A DNA stretch of 64,000 nucleotides from Puniceicoccales bacterium (GCA_031258545.1 JAIRMU010000019.1:70219-134218); one strand, 5' to 3'; positions 29,208 to 40,913 are shown, counted from the first letter of the stretch. The notes: generated by a model not told the origin, from the letters alone. Numbers and translations: made by a program.

Positions 29208-30980
29208 TCACTCGTACAAAGTCCCATCGGGTTTTATGCCCAATTGTTTTAATTGGGAAATGAAATCGAGTTTTTCTTGTTTCCGATTCGGTTTTTGGAA
29301 GCTATCGAAACTCGCTTCTTGTTGTTCAACTTCGCCTTCCAAAAATCCTTTAAATTGGCGTAAACGCGTCGGATGGCGCATTTTGCGTAAAGCTTTTGCT
29401 TCAATTTGCCTAATGCGTTCCCGCGTTACGTGAAAAGTTTTGCCCACTTCCTCCAAAGTACGACTGTAACCATCGTGCAAGCCAAATCTCAAAGATAAAA
29501 CTCTACGTTCACGATCCGTCAAAGTATCCAAAACGCCAATCAACTTTTCTTTCAACAAGGTGTAGGCCGTCATATCGTAGGGATTATCCGCAGACTTATC
29601 TTCAATAAAATCTCCAAAGCAACTGTCTTCGCTTTCTCCAACAGGACTCTGCAGGGAAATAGGCTGTTGGGCCATTTTTATGATAGATTCAATGCGGTTT
29701 ACGGGAACTTGCAATTCTTCTGCAACCTCTTCGGGCGTAGGATCGTATCCCAATTCCTGCACCAACTGTTTTTGGACTTGAATAACTTTATTCAGGGTTT
29801 CGATCATGTGCACAGGAATACGAATGGTACGTGCCTGATCTGCAATGGAACGCGTGATGGCTTGGCGAATCCACCATGTGGCATAGGTTGAAAATTTGTA
29901 GCCGCGACGGTATTCAAATTTTTCAACCGCCTTCATCAACCCCATATTGCCTTCCTGAATGAGATCCAAAAAAGATAACCCTCGGTTGGTATATTTTTTG
30001 GCTATACTGATAACAAGCCGCAAGTTGGCTTCCACCATTTCGGTTTTTGCGCGATGCGCTTCTTTCATGTGTTTACGCACGCCTTTTACCAACTCAACCA
30101 ACTCTTGGGGCGATAAACGTAATTCTAATTCAATGTCCCGAAGTCGTTTTGTCATCTTATCCGCATCGATCGTTTTAAAGCGCACAACACTTTGGTTGCG
30201 ATGCACCGATTGCAAACAGTCCGCGATGGTTTCTATCTCACGAATGAGTGGAGAAAGGCGATTCAAGAATTCCTCAAAAATTTTTAATTTAAAACAATAT
30301 TTTCTGAAAATTGGTTTTAATTGTGCCTCATATTTTTTATAACGCGCCAGCAGCTTTTTCTCTTCTTCCCCATCTTCGGCACTTAAGTATTCCTGCCAAA
30401 TTTTATCCAACTGATCGCCGATTGTATCGCACTGTTTGACTAACTTTTCTAAAACTTGATAATATTCCTCACGACTTTCAATTTTCTTATCAACGACCAA
30501 CTTATCAAACCGTTCGTTCTTTTCCAGGAGCTTTCGAGCCAAATCCTGCTGAAAATTGAGCGACAAAGCCACCGAGAACAACTTATCCTGAGCCGCATAT
30601 TCCGCCTTTTCAATGCGCTTGGAAATCTGCACTTCCTCATCACGCGACAGCAGGGATACTTGTCCCATCTGCTTTAGGTACATGCGAACGGGATCTTCTA
30701 AATTGTCCTCGCCTTCTAGGGACGCATCTTCTTCGGCATTTTCAATTTTTTGCCTGTACCGTTCTGCCTCATCGTTATCCAGGATATTTATCTCTAAATT
30801 TTCCAAGATATTAATGACATTCTCAATTTCCTCCGGTTTTTTAACGCTTTCCGGTAAGTGACGATTAATATCCTGGATCGTCAAAAATCCCTGCTGTTTG
30901 GCAAGCGTTATTAATTGACGAATCTGCTCGTTCAAAATATCTCTAGCTTTTATAACTTTTACTTTTCTTTGAATAATCAT
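29208..30980 (-). CDS. rpoD: RNA polymerase primary sigma factor (sigma-70 family)
   Basis: [74 protein letters not shown] (regions 2-3). Region 4.2 [30 protein letters not shown]. Carries ~41 extra C-terminal residues. Confidence 0.95.
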   Translation of the reverse strand: MIIQRKVKVIKARDILNEQIRQLITLAKQQGFLTIQDINRHLPESVKKPEEIENVINILENLEINILDNDEAERYRQKIENAEEDASLEGEDNLEDPVRMYLKQMGQVSLLSRDEEVQISKRIEKAEYAAQDKLFSVALSLNFQQDLARKLLEKNERFDKLVVDKKIESREEYYQVLEKLVKQCDTIGDQLDKIWQEYLSAEDGEEEKKLLARYKKYEAQLKPIFRKYCFKLKIFEEFLNRLSPLIREIETIADCLQSVHRNQSVVRFKTIDADKMTKRLRDIELELRLSPQELVELVKGVRKHMKEAHRAKTEMVEANLRLVISIAKKYTNRGLSFLDLIQEGNMGLMKAVEKFEYRRGYKFSTYATWWIRQAITRSIADQARTIRIPVHMIETLNKVIQVQKQLVQELGYDPTPEEVAEELQVPVNRIESIIKMAQQPISLQSPVGESEDSCFGDFIEDKSADNPYDMTAYTLLKEKLIGVLDTLTDRERRVLSLRFGLHDGYSRTLEEVGKTFHVTRERIRQIEAKALRKMRHPTRLRQFKGFLEGEVEQQEASFDSFQKPNRKQEKLDFISQLKQLGIKPDGTLYE

Positions 30981-31001
30981 CAGAAAAATGCAATAATAAG
31001 G

Positions 31002-32858
31002 TTATTGTTCGTTCCGGCGAACTTCTAAATGCACATTAACAAGTGCTTTTTTCAATCGATAACGTTCTACACGAAGCTGCTCTACTTTATCCGCATTGAT
31101 GTTAGAACTTTTTGCCATCTCTTTGTCAATGTTGGAAATACACTTTTTTAAGAATTTTTTATACAATTGTTGCAAAATTGTCACCAATATTTTTCGTTCA
31201 TCTTCAATTTGAAAAGGTTCTGCCGTAATTTGGTACCATAATTCCCTTTCGGGCTCACTCAAATGCAAAGTTTCCATAGTTGTCATCGTAAGCGGTTCAA
31301 CACCGTCCGCAATAAATGCATGGACAATTTTGAACAGCAATTGCCCCACGGGAACATCCGTATCAATCCAATCCAAAGATAAAACTTCCAGAATACGAGC
31401 CGCATATTCCGATCTATGAAACAAAAATCCCAGGAGCTGTCCTTCCGCAGAATCCCAATAGGTCCCAACCTTTGCAGCCATCTTTACGTCATCGATCGCG
31501 TGTTGCATCGCATGTTTGGTATCCCGTCTACGAAAATCCTCCTCCAAAACTTTGAGGGGCATCCCCGTTTCACCCGACAACGTTCGCAGACTTTCGTATT
31601 GCACAATTGCGGAAGGACATTTTGCTAAAATAGAATAGATAAAATCCACAGCCAAGCGTTCCGCCGTTTTTTCATTTGCTTCCAATCGCCGAAAAGCTTG
31701 CATTATAAAGGGGATCGGCATTAGAGATTGTTCCAGTAATGCCTCATGCGTACATCCATCCTTTTGCGACGCAAGCCAAGCGTCGGGATCTTTATCCGAA
31801 TCCAGTAAAACGTACTGCAACTGTAGCCCTAAAGATAATCCTAAATCCATCAAACGAAGACCCGCTTTTACGCCCGCACCATCACCGTCAAACATACCCA
31901 CAATAAAACTCGAATACCTTTGCAACAATTTTAATTGCATTTCGGTAAGTCCCGTCCCTTGGGGAGCAACGGCCGTTTTTAAACCCAACTCCCAGCACCG
32001 TACGACGTCGAGCGGGCCCTCCACCAAAAAAAATGGTTGCGTGTCACCCAAGTGCTGACGTGCTTGATGTAGATTGAACAACTGATTACCTTTTACAAAA
32101 ATAGGCGTCTCCGGAGAGTTAACATACTTGGCGTCATGCGTTGGATCTCCTGAACTTTCCACAAAAGGGAGACATCGACCCGAAAAGGCGATCGTACGTC
32201 CTTGAATATCTTTAATTGGTAAAACCAATCGACCCTGGTAGCGGCAGGCTAAATTTCTTTGCGCTGCGTTTTTGGAAGCGTAAAATAACCCACTTGGTTG
32301 TAAAACGGCGTGATCGTATCCATCACGACGCAGAGATTTATACAACTCAAAACAATCCACGGGCGCAAAACCAACGGAAAAAGTTTGTGCAGATTCTTTG
32401 CTAAATCCACGCGTTTTTTCCCAATAATCGCGTACCTGAGAGCTATAATCATCGGACATCCAGAAACATTTTTTAAAAAATTGTTCCGCTTTGGAATAAA
32501 TATCCCACAGCACTTTTTTATTCGATGGGGCTACATTTTCCACCAAACGTCTCCCATCGCGTTCGTATTCAAGGGGTACATTAAATCTTTCCGCAATCCA
32601 TTCGACGGCTTCACCGAATGACAACTGTTCTTTTAGTTCCAAAAATCTAAACATATCACCCGCATACCCACTACTGAAACACTTAAATACATTTTTTTGC
32701 GGATCCACAAAAAATGAGGGAGTTTTTTCATTAGAAAAAGGACTGAGGCCTTTAAACATATGCCCCGCTGGCTTCAATTGCACATATGGAGATACGATGT
32801 CAACGATGGAAACTCGCTGACGAATTTGTTCTAAACAAGCACGTGAAACGAAAGGCAT
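31002..32858 (-). CDS. dnaG: DNA primase
   Basis: NEKTPSFFVDPQKNVFKCF (zinc-ribbon region, ligands partly substituted), TOPRIM FFLVEGPLDVV and MFDGDGAG. rpoD-dnaG synteny. The start at Met-17 of the track ORF avoids overlap with the upstream gene. Confidence 0.9.
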   Translation of the reverse strand: MPFVSRACLEQIRQRVSIVDIVSPYVQLKPAGHMFKGLSPFSNEKTPSFFVDPQKNVFKCFSSGYAGDMFRFLELKEQLSFGEAVEWIAERFNVPLEYERDGRRLVENVAPSNKKVLWDIYSKAEQFFKKCFWMSDDYSSQVRDYWEKTRGFSKESAQTFSVGFAPVDCFELYKSLRRDGYDHAVLQPSGLFYASKNAAQRNLACRYQGRLVLPIKDIQGRTIAFSGRCLPFVESSGDPTHDAKYVNSPETPIFVKGNQLFNLHQARQHLGDTQPFFLVEGPLDVVRCWELGLKTAVAPQGTGLTEMQLKLLQRYSSFIVGMFDGDGAGVKAGLRLMDLGLSLGLQLQYVLLDSDKDPDAWLASQKDGCTHEALLEQSLMPIPFIMQAFRRLEANEKTAERLAVDFIYSILAKCPSAIVQYESLRTLSGETGMPLKVLEEDFRRRDTKHAMQHAIDDVKMAAKVGTYWDSAEGQLLGFLFHRSEYAARILEVLSLDWIDTDVPVGQLLFKIVHAFIADGVEPLTMTTMETLHLSEPERELWYQITAEPFQIEDERKILVTILQQLYKKFLKKCISNIDKEMAKSSNINADKVEQLRVERYRLKKALVNVHLEVRRNEQ

Positions 32859-32865
32859 AAACAGA

Positions 32866-33984
32866 TTATTTGGGAGCCAATTGCTTGTACAAAAAGATAC
32901 CCACAACCAGCATGAGCGTATTGGGTAACCAAGCGGCCAATAGAGGACTCAAAATACCCTGTGCACCCAACGTACGTCCCAGGCTACTGAAGATGTAGTA
33001 ACAAAAAAACAATCCTGCCGCCTTTGAAATTCCCACCATGGGATTATTACGTACACCCGTCAAAGAAAAAGGAACCGCCAACAAAACCGTCATAAAAAGA
33101 ATCAATGGGCTGGAAAGAATGGAATAATATTTTACGCGGTGCTCAAGAAAACACTCATGGTGCAGCGGTGCAACCTTTAAAATCAACTTTAGGTCATTCA
33201 TGTTAAGATTTTTAAGCGGCGTGTTGGCAATTTTCATCAAATGCGGTGTATCGTCACAACGTATGGCATATTCATCGAACGCAATAAAACGTGTAGGTTC
33301 AGGGTGATTTTTATTAAAAATCCAACGTTTCCCCTCATTAAAAATCCAAACGTTGCGGTAATTATCAAAACGCACCGATCGCGCATTGATACGTTCAACT
33401 TCTTTGCATTGTTCATCCAATAAACATACGGTGGCATAAGTTCCGCTATAAGTGTACAAACTAAACTGAGAAAAAAACCACAAACGATGTTCTTTGGTAT
33501 TGTAAAAACTTAAATTAGATTCCACACCAATGGCATTTGGCGCCAGATGACGCCTTTTCTGATCGTTGTAGTCGATGGAACGTACAATCGATTGTATGCG
33601 GTCCGCCGCGTAGGGTAAAATTTGAACGTTAAAAATGAGCATGCAAACGGTCAGCAACGCGGCCACACACCAAAAACTAAGCGTAATTCTAAAAATGGTT
33701 AGTCCCGCTGCACGCAAAGCCACCACTTCATTGTGGGCCTGCATATCATTGAGTACGTACAAACCCGATATGAAAAACGCAATGGGTAAAATGGTGTGAA
33801 AGCAATTCGGAACCATAAAAGTATAATACGTCATCAACGTGGATAAAGATGCCCCTTTTTCAATAAACGTCTTCAAATACTTGTACATATCCTCCAGAAT
33901 GAGTATACCCATAATGAGCATCAAGGCAACGCCCATTGCTTTGCACCATTCTTTAAATATGTAACGGTCAATTAAAGTAATCAT
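32866..33984 (-). CDS. LptF/LptG-family LPS export permease
   Basis: MITLIDRYIFKEWCKAMGVALMLIMGILIL..., 6 TM with a large periplasmic loop (YjgP/YjgQ family pattern). The track start 33996 is 4 codons upstream. Confidence 0.72.
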   Translation of the reverse strand: MITLIDRYIFKEWCKAMGVALMLIMGILILEDMYKYLKTFIEKGASLSTLMTYYTFMVPNCFHTILPIAFFISGLYVLNDMQAHNEVVALRAAGLTIFRITLSFWCVAALLTVCMLIFNVQILPYAADRIQSIVRSIDYNDQKRRHLAPNAIGVESNLSFYNTKEHRLWFFSQFSLYTYSGTYATVCLLDEQCKEVERINARSVRFDNYRNVWIFNEGKRWIFNKNHPEPTRFIAFDEYAIRCDDTPHLMKIANTPLKNLNMNDLKLILKVAPLHHECFLEHRVKYYSILSSPLILFMTVLLAVPFSLTGVRNNPMVGISKAAGLFFCYYIFSSLGRTLGAQGILSPLLAAWLPNTLMLVVGIFLYKQLAPK

Positions 33985-35161
33985 AGGGCAACGCATCCGC
34001 CTGGGAAGTATTGTTCCAAGAATCGCAGGGCAAAGGTATCCTGGTTCCTGTCCGCGTATCGTATATTACCAACTTACGCTTACCAACATTTTTTTCCGTA
34101 CACACCATATGACGTCCATCTGCCAACCAACAACCCTCCATATGATCCAGGGGACCCTGGGTTACAAAGTAGGCTTCCTTGGAATTTAAGTCCAATACAC
34201 CCACTTGGAATGTTTTATGGATTGTTGCCGTAAAGAGAAGTTTATTTTTATCTAAACTTAAAGCGGCTTCGTCCACAAAATGACTCAAAGGAACTTGTAT
34301 TTTTTGAAAATTATTAAAGGAATTTTTCCCTTTCAGCGTAGGTACTTTATACAACTGTGGACCGCAGCCACTTTCGTCCCACCCAAATACCAGATTTTGA
34401 TTGTCAAACCAAACCGGTGAAGTTTTAATGCCGCCGCATTGCGTAATGGCACGTAAATTTTTACCATTTATATCGGATGCATAAATCTGCGGAATTCCTT
34501 TTGCGGACAACACCATGGCTAATTGTTTACCCGAAGGACTGAAACAGGCCGATGCGTTTATGCCACGATATTGCGCAACGGCCGTGACCGATTTTGAAGC
34601 CAAATGCATGCAATAAATATCCGGGAAGCCGGACTTACCACACGTCGTATAAACAATGTGCGTGCCTTTGGGATACCATCGTGGATGTAAAATCGCAGCG
34701 TGATCCTGTGTCAATTGAACCACTTTTTCGAACAGTAAATTGGACAAATACAATTCGGGATGCCCAGAAACGTCCGAAACAAAAACCAACGTAGAATGAA
34801 AAAATCCAGGGGTACGAAAAATAAAGGTTACAATGCGATTACACGCATCGATGTAGGCTTTTTGCGTATCAGGCCCTTCCCAAATCAATTTACGCAATTT
34901 TGAGCTTTCCCTAAGCAAATAAACTTTGATCCGAGATTGCCGTACATCGACCGTAATCTGCAGTTGTCCCGTAGGACCTGATTTTTTTAACCCTCCATGC
35001 AATTGTAAAATCCGTTCGAAAATTTCCTGCACCCGAGGATTGATGGACATCACCGAGAAAGTATACGCATCCACACTTCCCAAATTGGATGTACGGCTCC
35101 CATGTAAGACAACATTGACCATGAGACCGTAAAACACGCAAACAATTCTCAAAAACTTCAT
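33968..35161 (-). CDS. TolB-like periplasmic beta-propeller protein
   Basis: Signal peptide, N-terminal alpha/beta domain. Repeated ...SPSGKQLAMV.. / ..SPVWFDNQNLVF.. / ..LSLDKNKLLFTA.. blades are typical of TolB/WD40-like repeats. Confidence 0.6.
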   Translation of the reverse strand: MKFLRIVCVFYGLMVNVVLHGSRTSNLGSVDAYTFSVMSINPRVQEIFERILQLHGGLKKSGPTGQLQITVDVRQSRIKVYLLRESSKLRKLIWEGPDTQKAYIDACNRIVTFIFRTPGFFHSTLVFVSDVSGHPELYLSNLLFEKVVQLTQDHAAILHPRWYPKGTHIVYTTCGKSGFPDIYCMHLASKSVTAVAQYRGINASACFSPSGKQLAMVLSAKGIPQIYASDINGKNLRAITQCGGIKTSPVWFDNQNLVFGWDESGCGPQLYKVPTLKGKNSFNNFQKIQVPLSHFVDEAALSLDKNKLLFTATIHKTFQVGVLDLNSKEAYFVTQGPLDHMEGCWLADGRHMVCTEKNVGKRKLVIYDTRTGTRIPLPCDSWNNTSQADALPYDYFN

Positions 35162-35326
35162 ACCGGCTACGGCGTACGACTATCGCTTGTATTCAATTTA
35201 ACTTCAAGTAAAAATACCTAAAAACCCTCACTGCGTCTCAAAACATCTCCGGCCAAAAGACGTAAGCGCTTCTGCAGTGCAAAACGAATAAAGTCATCAC
35301 AAATAACCGCCTTATGCATCATTTTA

Positions 35327-36484
35327 TCAGGACCCCAGCAGGTGCAAACATTCACACACGATAATACCAACACTAAATAGCCACAGAAAAATCCTCCAGG
35401 TACCCGAATTTAAAATGTTAAAATGAAGCTGGCCCGTAAGCTTAGACAGTAAGAATAAAGGAAGCATAATGGCCAGGATAGCCAAAATGCATCCCGAAAA
35501 ACTTAATACGTTGATAAAAGCTTCCGGAATCCATACGGCAACAAACATGGCCGGCAGTACCGTCAATCCGGATAATAAAATGCGCCGCATAATTGGACTA
35601 CACCCGAGGTGACAACGATCTGCCAGACGATGTAAATCATCCATCAGCGCTATGCCAACACCTATCATAGACGTTGAAATTGTAAAAACGACAAGCCCTC
35701 CAATGAGGTATCCGGGTATCAAAGACTTCAATAGGGACAACCATTCGTGCACATTCAATGGATTGAGTAAATTTTCGTGCACACTCTTTAATAATAGCGT
35801 AATGCTCACGTACCAAATAAGATAAATGCTCGCCGAAATAGCACATCCCCATAGGCAAGCTCTTTGGATCATTTTTGAATCGTTTTTGCAGAATTTGGTG
35901 AGGGAATGCAAGGATCCATGAAATCCAAATGAAGTGAACAAAATGGGTAAAACGACGTATATATTTGAACAAATGGCCGTACCTGTGGCAAGCGATAAGG
36001 ACGTAAACTTTATTTTTGTATAGGCGGTCACTACCGTAACAATCACCATACTTATCAGTATAAGACAACTGTATTTATTGATGCGCAATACATCACTTGA
36101 AGCAAATAAAAATAAAACGAATAGCATACCGGCAATGATTATTTTAAGCGTGGCACTTCCCGGCATGAAAACGGAACTTAAGCCATAAATGTAGGCAGAT
36201 AAAAGAGAAAATGAAAGTATTTTTAGACAAACATTGCCCAATAGAGCTGCCATTCTTCCGGAAAAATGTAGACCCACATCTTCCAGTGTAAAATCGCATT
36301 TTGACTGTAAATTCAATTCACACCGTGCCAACGCAGATACGTAAGCCACAAACGTACACAGCAACATGAGCCCGCAGGCCTTTAAAATTCCAATTTGAGA
36401 TAATACCATGGGCAATGTTATGAGCCCGGACCCCACAGCAGTTCCCACAAGTAAAAAAATAGCACTTAACGTCTTCTTTTTCAT
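35327..36484 (-). CDS. Aromatic amino acid (Tyr/Trp) permease-like transporter (HAAAP family)
   Basis: MKKKTLSAIFLLVGTAVGSGLITLPMVL..., ~11 TM, ~385 aa from Met-42 of the track ORF. Resembles TyrP/Mtr/TnaB. Confidence 0.65.
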   Translation of the reverse strand: MKKKTLSAIFLLVGTAVGSGLITLPMVLSQIGILKACGLMLLCTFVAYVSALARCELNLQSKCDFTLEDVGLHFSGRMAALLGNVCLKILSFSLLSAYIYGLSSVFMPGSATLKIIIAGMLFVLFLFASSDVLRINKYSCLILISMVIVTVVTAYTKIKFTSLSLATGTAICSNIYVVLPILFTSFGFHGSLHSLTKFCKNDSKMIQRACLWGCAISASIYLIWYVSITLLLKSVHENLLNPLNVHEWLSLLKSLIPGYLIGGLVVFTISTSMIGVGIALMDDLHRLADRCHLGCSPIMRRILLSGLTVLPAMFVAVWIPEAFINVLSFSGCILAILAIMLPLFLLSKLTGQLHFNILNSGTWRIFLWLFSVGIIVCECLHLLGS

Positions 36485-36939
36485 AAAAATTAAGTAAAAA
36501 ATATTTCTGAACAAAACATACCTCAAAGAATTACTGCAATTTTGAAACACACTATTGAAGTAAGGTATCTTTGAGAACGAACAATAACTAACGATGTACG
36601 CCGGCACAACGGCCGTATCGTATTTTATAAAAATAAATGTATTTTAAATAAAACATTAATAAATTCACCCAAGAAATAAATGTTTAAAATGTGATGTCAA
36701 TTTAAAAATTTACGCATGTTCACATGCTTTTAACAATTAGAAAATGCCGCCGCATAAAACTGATTTCAAACCTTCGGAATGCTACAAATAACGCATTTTA
36801 CGGCAGCATGCTTTAAAAATTACGTTTAAGCCTTGTATTTGGAGAAAAGTTTTATTTAATTCTTCTTTAATACGCCAATAAGGACAACTTATGCGGCGTA
36901 TTAAGGGATAAAAAATCTCAACCAATCAACAATAAATAA

Positions 36940-37143
36940 ATGAATACAGGTACAGTAAAGTGGTTTAATCACAAAAAAGGATTTGGGTTTATACAACCTG
37001 AATCGGGTAATAAAGATGTGTTTGTACACATCACGGCATTGCAACAAGCACGTATTGATACGTTGACCGAAGGCCAAAAAGTACGCTACGAATTGATTAC
37101 ATCACACGGTAAGACTTCCGCTGGTAATCTCCAACTTTTGTAA
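36940..37143 (+). CDS. cspA: Cold-shock protein (CspA family)
   Basis: [34 protein letters not shown] (RNP1/RNP2 motifs). Confidence 0.94.
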   Translation: MNTGTVKWFNHKKGFGFIQPESGNKDVFVHITALQQARIDTLTEGQKVRYELITSHGKTSAGNLQLL

Positions 37144-37166
37144 TAAGACTACCCTTAAATCACCAA

Positions 37167-37190
37167 AGGCCATTCCCTAAGGAATGGCCT
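37167..37190 (+). terminator. Hairpin downstream of cspA
   Basis: AGGCCATTCC-CTAA-GGAATGGCCT, a perfect 10-bp stem. No clear U-tract follows. Confidence 0.45.
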
Positions 37191-37371
37191 CCATGAATTA
37201 ATAATAAATACAAAACTTATTTTTGCACATATACAAAGCATTGTAAAGCTTTTTTTGAAAAAATTATTTTTCGGGTCCATATGAGATTAATAATGAATTA
37301 CCTCAGGATACTTTCGTAAAGCAAAACCTACAATAGCTTCCACATGCCAGCAGGGTACCAAATAACCGTTT

Positions 37372-38250
37372 CTACAGTCTTTTTAGGGCACGTATGAGCG
37401 CATTCCCGATATCTGCAGGATGCGCGGCCACTTCGACACCGGCCGCCTCTAGGGCATTCATTTTTGAAATGGCGGTACCATTGCTACCGGAAATAATTGC
37501 ACCTGCATGCCCCATACGTCTACCGATGGGGGCCGTTTGCCCACCGATGAAGGCGGCAACAGGTTTATTGACATGGTACCTAATATAATTTGCGGCATGC
37601 TCTTCGGCAGATCCGCCGATTTCTCCAATCAGTACAATGGCTTCCGTCTGAGGATCTTCATTAAAAGCTTTCAATACATCGATGAAAGTTGTTCCCACAA
37701 TCGGATCTCCACCTATGCCCACGCACGTAGATTGTCCATAGCCATGTTCGGTTAACTGACATACCGTTTCGTACATCAAAGTTCCGGAACGGGAAACGAC
37801 GCCGAGGGAACCTTCTTTAAAAATAGTATCCGGCATAATCCCCATTTTACATTTCCCGGGTACAATGATTCCGGGAGAATTGGGACCGATTAATCGGGTC
37901 CGAGAGCCCCACAATTTCCGTTTCACCATCATCATATCTCGAATGGGGATGCCTTCCGTAATGCACACAACCCATTCGAGGCCTCCATCGATGGCTTCCA
38001 AGATAGAATCCGCCGCACATGCCGGTGGAACAAAAATGAGAGAAGCCGTTGCACCTGTTTCTCGGACGGCTTCTTCTACGGTGTTGAACACGGGGATTTT
38101 ATGCAACACGTAACTACCGCCTCTGCAGGGGGTAACGCCCGCCACGATGTGACTGCCATAATTTAAACACAATTTGCCGTGGGCCAATCCACTTTTGCCG
38201 GTAATTCCCTGAATTAAAATACGGGTGGATGTATCTACAAAGATGCTCAC
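37372..38250 (-). CDS. sucD: Succinate--CoA ligase subunit alpha
   Basis: [11 protein letters not shown]..., ...SRSGTLMYE..., phosphohistidine loop GHAGAIISG. Confidence 0.95.
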   Translation of the reverse strand: MSIFVDTSTRILIQGITGKSGLAHGKLCLNYGSHIVAGVTPCRGGSYVLHKIPVFNTVEEAVRETGATASLIFVPPACAADSILEAIDGGLEWVVCITEGIPIRDMMMVKRKLWGSRTRLIGPNSPGIIVPGKCKMGIMPDTIFKEGSLGVVSRSGTLMYETVCQLTEHGYGQSTCVGIGGDPIVGTTFIDVLKAFNEDPQTEAIVLIGEIGGSAEEHAANYIRYHVNKPVAAFIGGQTAPIGRRMGHAGAIISGSNGTAISKMNALEAAGVEVAAHPADIGNALIRALKRL

Positions 38251-38252
38251 GA

Positions 38253-39449
38253 TTATACTCCCCGTGCTCGACGAATAATTTCCTTTGTGGCCGCTTCCAA
38301 CGTATCACTGGTAACCAAAGGTAAAGCGCTTTGGCGTAAAATTTGGTGAGCACGTTCAACGTTGGTACCTTTCAAACGAACCACCATCGGCAGGTGTAAT
38401 GCCGTGGATTGGGCGGCCGTAACGATTGCTTCCGCCAACAGATCGCACCTTAAAATACCACCAAAAACGTTGATGAAAATGCCCCTAACGCACGGATCTT
38501 TTAAAATAATTTTGAAAGCTTTTTGAATTTGTTCTGCGCTGGCACTACCGCCCACATCGAGAAAATTGGCAGGTCGACCTCCAAAATGTTGGATCATATC
38601 CATGGTTGCCATCGCCAAACCGGCTCCATTCACCAAACAGGCGATATCGCCATCCAACGCAATGTAGTTTAATTTCGCCTTTGCCGCCTCAACTTCCTTG
38701 GGATCCTTTTCATGATCATCGGTCCATTTCCCGTAATCTTTATGGCGAAACAGCGCATTGTCATCCAGTTGGATTTTTGCATCTAATGCCATTAAATGTC
38801 CATCTTCGTTCAAAACCAAGGGATTAATTTCGACCAGCAGGGCATCCGCCTGCATAAACAACCGATACAAATTTTTAAGCAGCTGTACGCATTCGGGAAA
38901 AACTTCGGGAGCAAGTTGAAGGAAGAATGCTGCGTGACGTGCCTGAAAATCGGTTAATCCCACCAGTGGGTCGATCAAAATTTTCAAAAGCTTTTCCGGA
39001 GACGTTTGGGCCAACGTTTCAATTTCGGTACCGCCTTCCGCCGATGCGATCAGGACGGGGCAATAATGTTCGCAGTCCACCAGGATGGAAACGTAAAATT
39101 CTTGCTGAACGCGAATGCCTTCCGTCAGATAAACTTTTCGAACGCGTTTGCCTTTGGGACCCGTTTGTCGCGTGACGAGGGTATGACCCAACATGGCATG
39201 GATGCTTTCATGCGCTTCTTGCTTATTTCTAGCACATCGAACACCTTTGCAACCGTTTTCGACAAAACAACCTTGGCCGCGTCCACCCGCATGGATTTGC
39301 GCTTTTACGACGATCATTTTGCCTTCCCCAAAAGCATTTAAAGCTTTTTCGACAACGTCCGGTTGGCAGGACTTGATGCAAATACCTTCGGGGGCAGGGA
39401 TTTGGAATTTTTTTAACAAAAGCTTTGCCTGGTACTCATGAATATTCAT
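38253..39449 (-). CDS. sucC: Succinate--CoA ligase subunit beta
   Basis: [15 protein letters not shown]... (Met-27 of the track ORF), ATP-grasp, ...[10 protein letters not shown]. Overlaps the rpoN stop by 14 nt. Confidence 0.95.
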   Translation of the reverse strand: MNIHEYQAKLLLKKFQIPAPEGICIKSCQPDVVEKALNAFGEGKMIVVKAQIHAGGRGQGCFVENGCKGVRCARNKQEAHESIHAMLGHTLVTRQTGPKGKRVRKVYLTEGIRVQQEFYVSILVDCEHYCPVLIASAEGGTEIETLAQTSPEKLLKILIDPLVGLTDFQARHAAFFLQLAPEVFPECVQLLKNLYRLFMQADALLVEINPLVLNEDGHLMALDAKIQLDDNALFRHKDYGKWTDDHEKDPKEVEAAKAKLNYIALDGDIACLVNGAGLAMATMDMIQHFGGRPANFLDVGGSASAEQIQKAFKIILKDPCVRGIFINVFGGILRCDLLAEAIVTAAQSTALHLPMVVRLKGTNVERAHQILRQSALPLVTSDTLEAATKEIIRRARGV

Positions 39450-40815
39450 ACGCATCATATTTTCTGCGCAGATTGGTGGGAGGAATGCACAATAGTTCGC
39501 GATACTTCGCAACCGTTCTGCGGGCAATCTTCACATTTTTCTGCGCCAAAATTTCAACAATCTTCTGGTCACTGAGAGGTTTTTTCTTATCCTCCTGCTC
39601 AATAACTTTTTGAATTTGTTGTTTTATGATAGTATTAGCAATAGAGTCTCCCGAATCCGAATTCAATCCCTTTGTGAAAAAATATTTAAAATCAAATATG
39701 CCGAAGGATGTTTTTATAAATTTGTTTGCGACGGCGCGACTGACGGTGGTTTCATGAATGCCCAAATCTTCTGCGAGCGACTGAAGTGTTAGCGGCTTCA
39801 AATGCTTGGGGCCCGCTTCAAAAAAATCTTTCTGCTTGTCCAGGAGGGCATAGGCAATGCGCTCGATTGTTTTTTGACGATGCAGGATAGATTGGATAAG
39901 AAAGCGACCCGAACGAATTTTGAGCCGTAAATAATTCTTATCTTGATGATTGACGGAAGCATCGGACAGTAAATGTTCGTAGGTATTACCGATGCACAAA
40001 CGTGGAATATAGTGATTGTTGAGGTCCACAACCCACTCGTGCAGATGATTTTTATAGATGGCAACATCCGGAATAATACCTTGTGTGTGGTGAACCTCAA
40101 ATCGACGTCCCGGCGCCGGATCTAGCTTTGCAATTTCTTCGATGGCGCTTTGAACGGCATCGCAGGAGATGGACAAACATCGAGCTATGTCGATTACTTT
40201 GTTGCGCAGCAGTAGGTCGTAGCATTGATCCAATATTTGAAAGGCCACCGAAGAAGTTTTGTTCTGGATTTTCAATTGCTGCAACAGGCAAGTGCGTGGA
40301 CCATCGCAACCGATTCCGGGAGGATCCAATTGTTTTAAAACGGCGATGGCCGTTTGAATGGTTTCGGGGTCGGCTTTTGTCTGTTCTTCAATTTTGGGCA
40401 AAGGTAGGGTTAAAAATCCCTTTTCATCGATGCTGCCGATCAAAAAACGGACGACATTTTCGACTTCGGAGGCAACATCCAAAAAACCTACTTGCTCGTA
40501 CAAATGATCCTGCAATGAAATTTCGGATGCGAGTGAATTCATCAGAAAATCGTGTTTGCGGCTACGGGCAATGGCATTGGCTTTTGAATCGGGAGCAAAC
40601 TCGTTGTAATCTTCCCAACGATCTTCGGCACTCCCGGGATCATCCAGGCTTACCTCATCCAAAGGTAATTCCTCCAGCGTCGGATTCATCTGAAGCTCTT
40701 CCAGGATAACGTTGCGCAGGTCCATGGCCGAAACTTGTAGTATTTTCAAAGATTGCCTTAACTGAGGCGCAAGCAATTGCGATTGCGTCTGAATCTGCTC
40801 CATTCGCTGAACCAT
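39436..40815 (-). CDS. rpoN: RNA polymerase sigma-54 factor
   Basis: N-terminal Q/L-rich region I (QTQSQLLAPQLRQSLKILQ), HTH, exact RpoN box ARRTVAKYRELL. Confidence 0.93.
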   Translation of the reverse strand: MVQRMEQIQTQSQLLAPQLRQSLKILQVSAMDLRNVILEELQMNPTLEELPLDEVSLDDPGSAEDRWEDYNEFAPDSKANAIARSRKHDFLMNSLASEISLQDHLYEQVGFLDVASEVENVVRFLIGSIDEKGFLTLPLPKIEEQTKADPETIQTAIAVLKQLDPPGIGCDGPRTCLLQQLKIQNKTSSVAFQILDQCYDLLLRNKVIDIARCLSISCDAVQSAIEEIAKLDPAPGRRFEVHHTQGIIPDVAIYKNHLHEWVVDLNNHYIPRLCIGNTYEHLLSDASVNHQDKNYLRLKIRSGRFLIQSILHRQKTIERIAYALLDKQKDFFEAGPKHLKPLTLQSLAEDLGIHETTVSRAVANKFIKTSFGIFDFKYFFTKGLNSDSGDSIANTIIKQQIQKVIEQEDKKKPLSDQKIVEILAQKNVKIARRTVAKYRELLCIPPTNLRRKYDAYEYS

Positions 40816-40913
40816 GTTTTCATCATACTACAAGCCATAAGCAATGAAAAGAAAATTCTGATATTTGCCGCCATTGAAGGATGCGGTAGCCGTCTTGGAT
40901 GCGTGGTAAAATT

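Noticed and set aside
40083-40709. 208-aa plus-strand ORF inside rpoN.
   Set aside because: Antisense shadow of a confidently identified sigma-54 gene, with Arg/Pro/Cys-rich nonsense composition.
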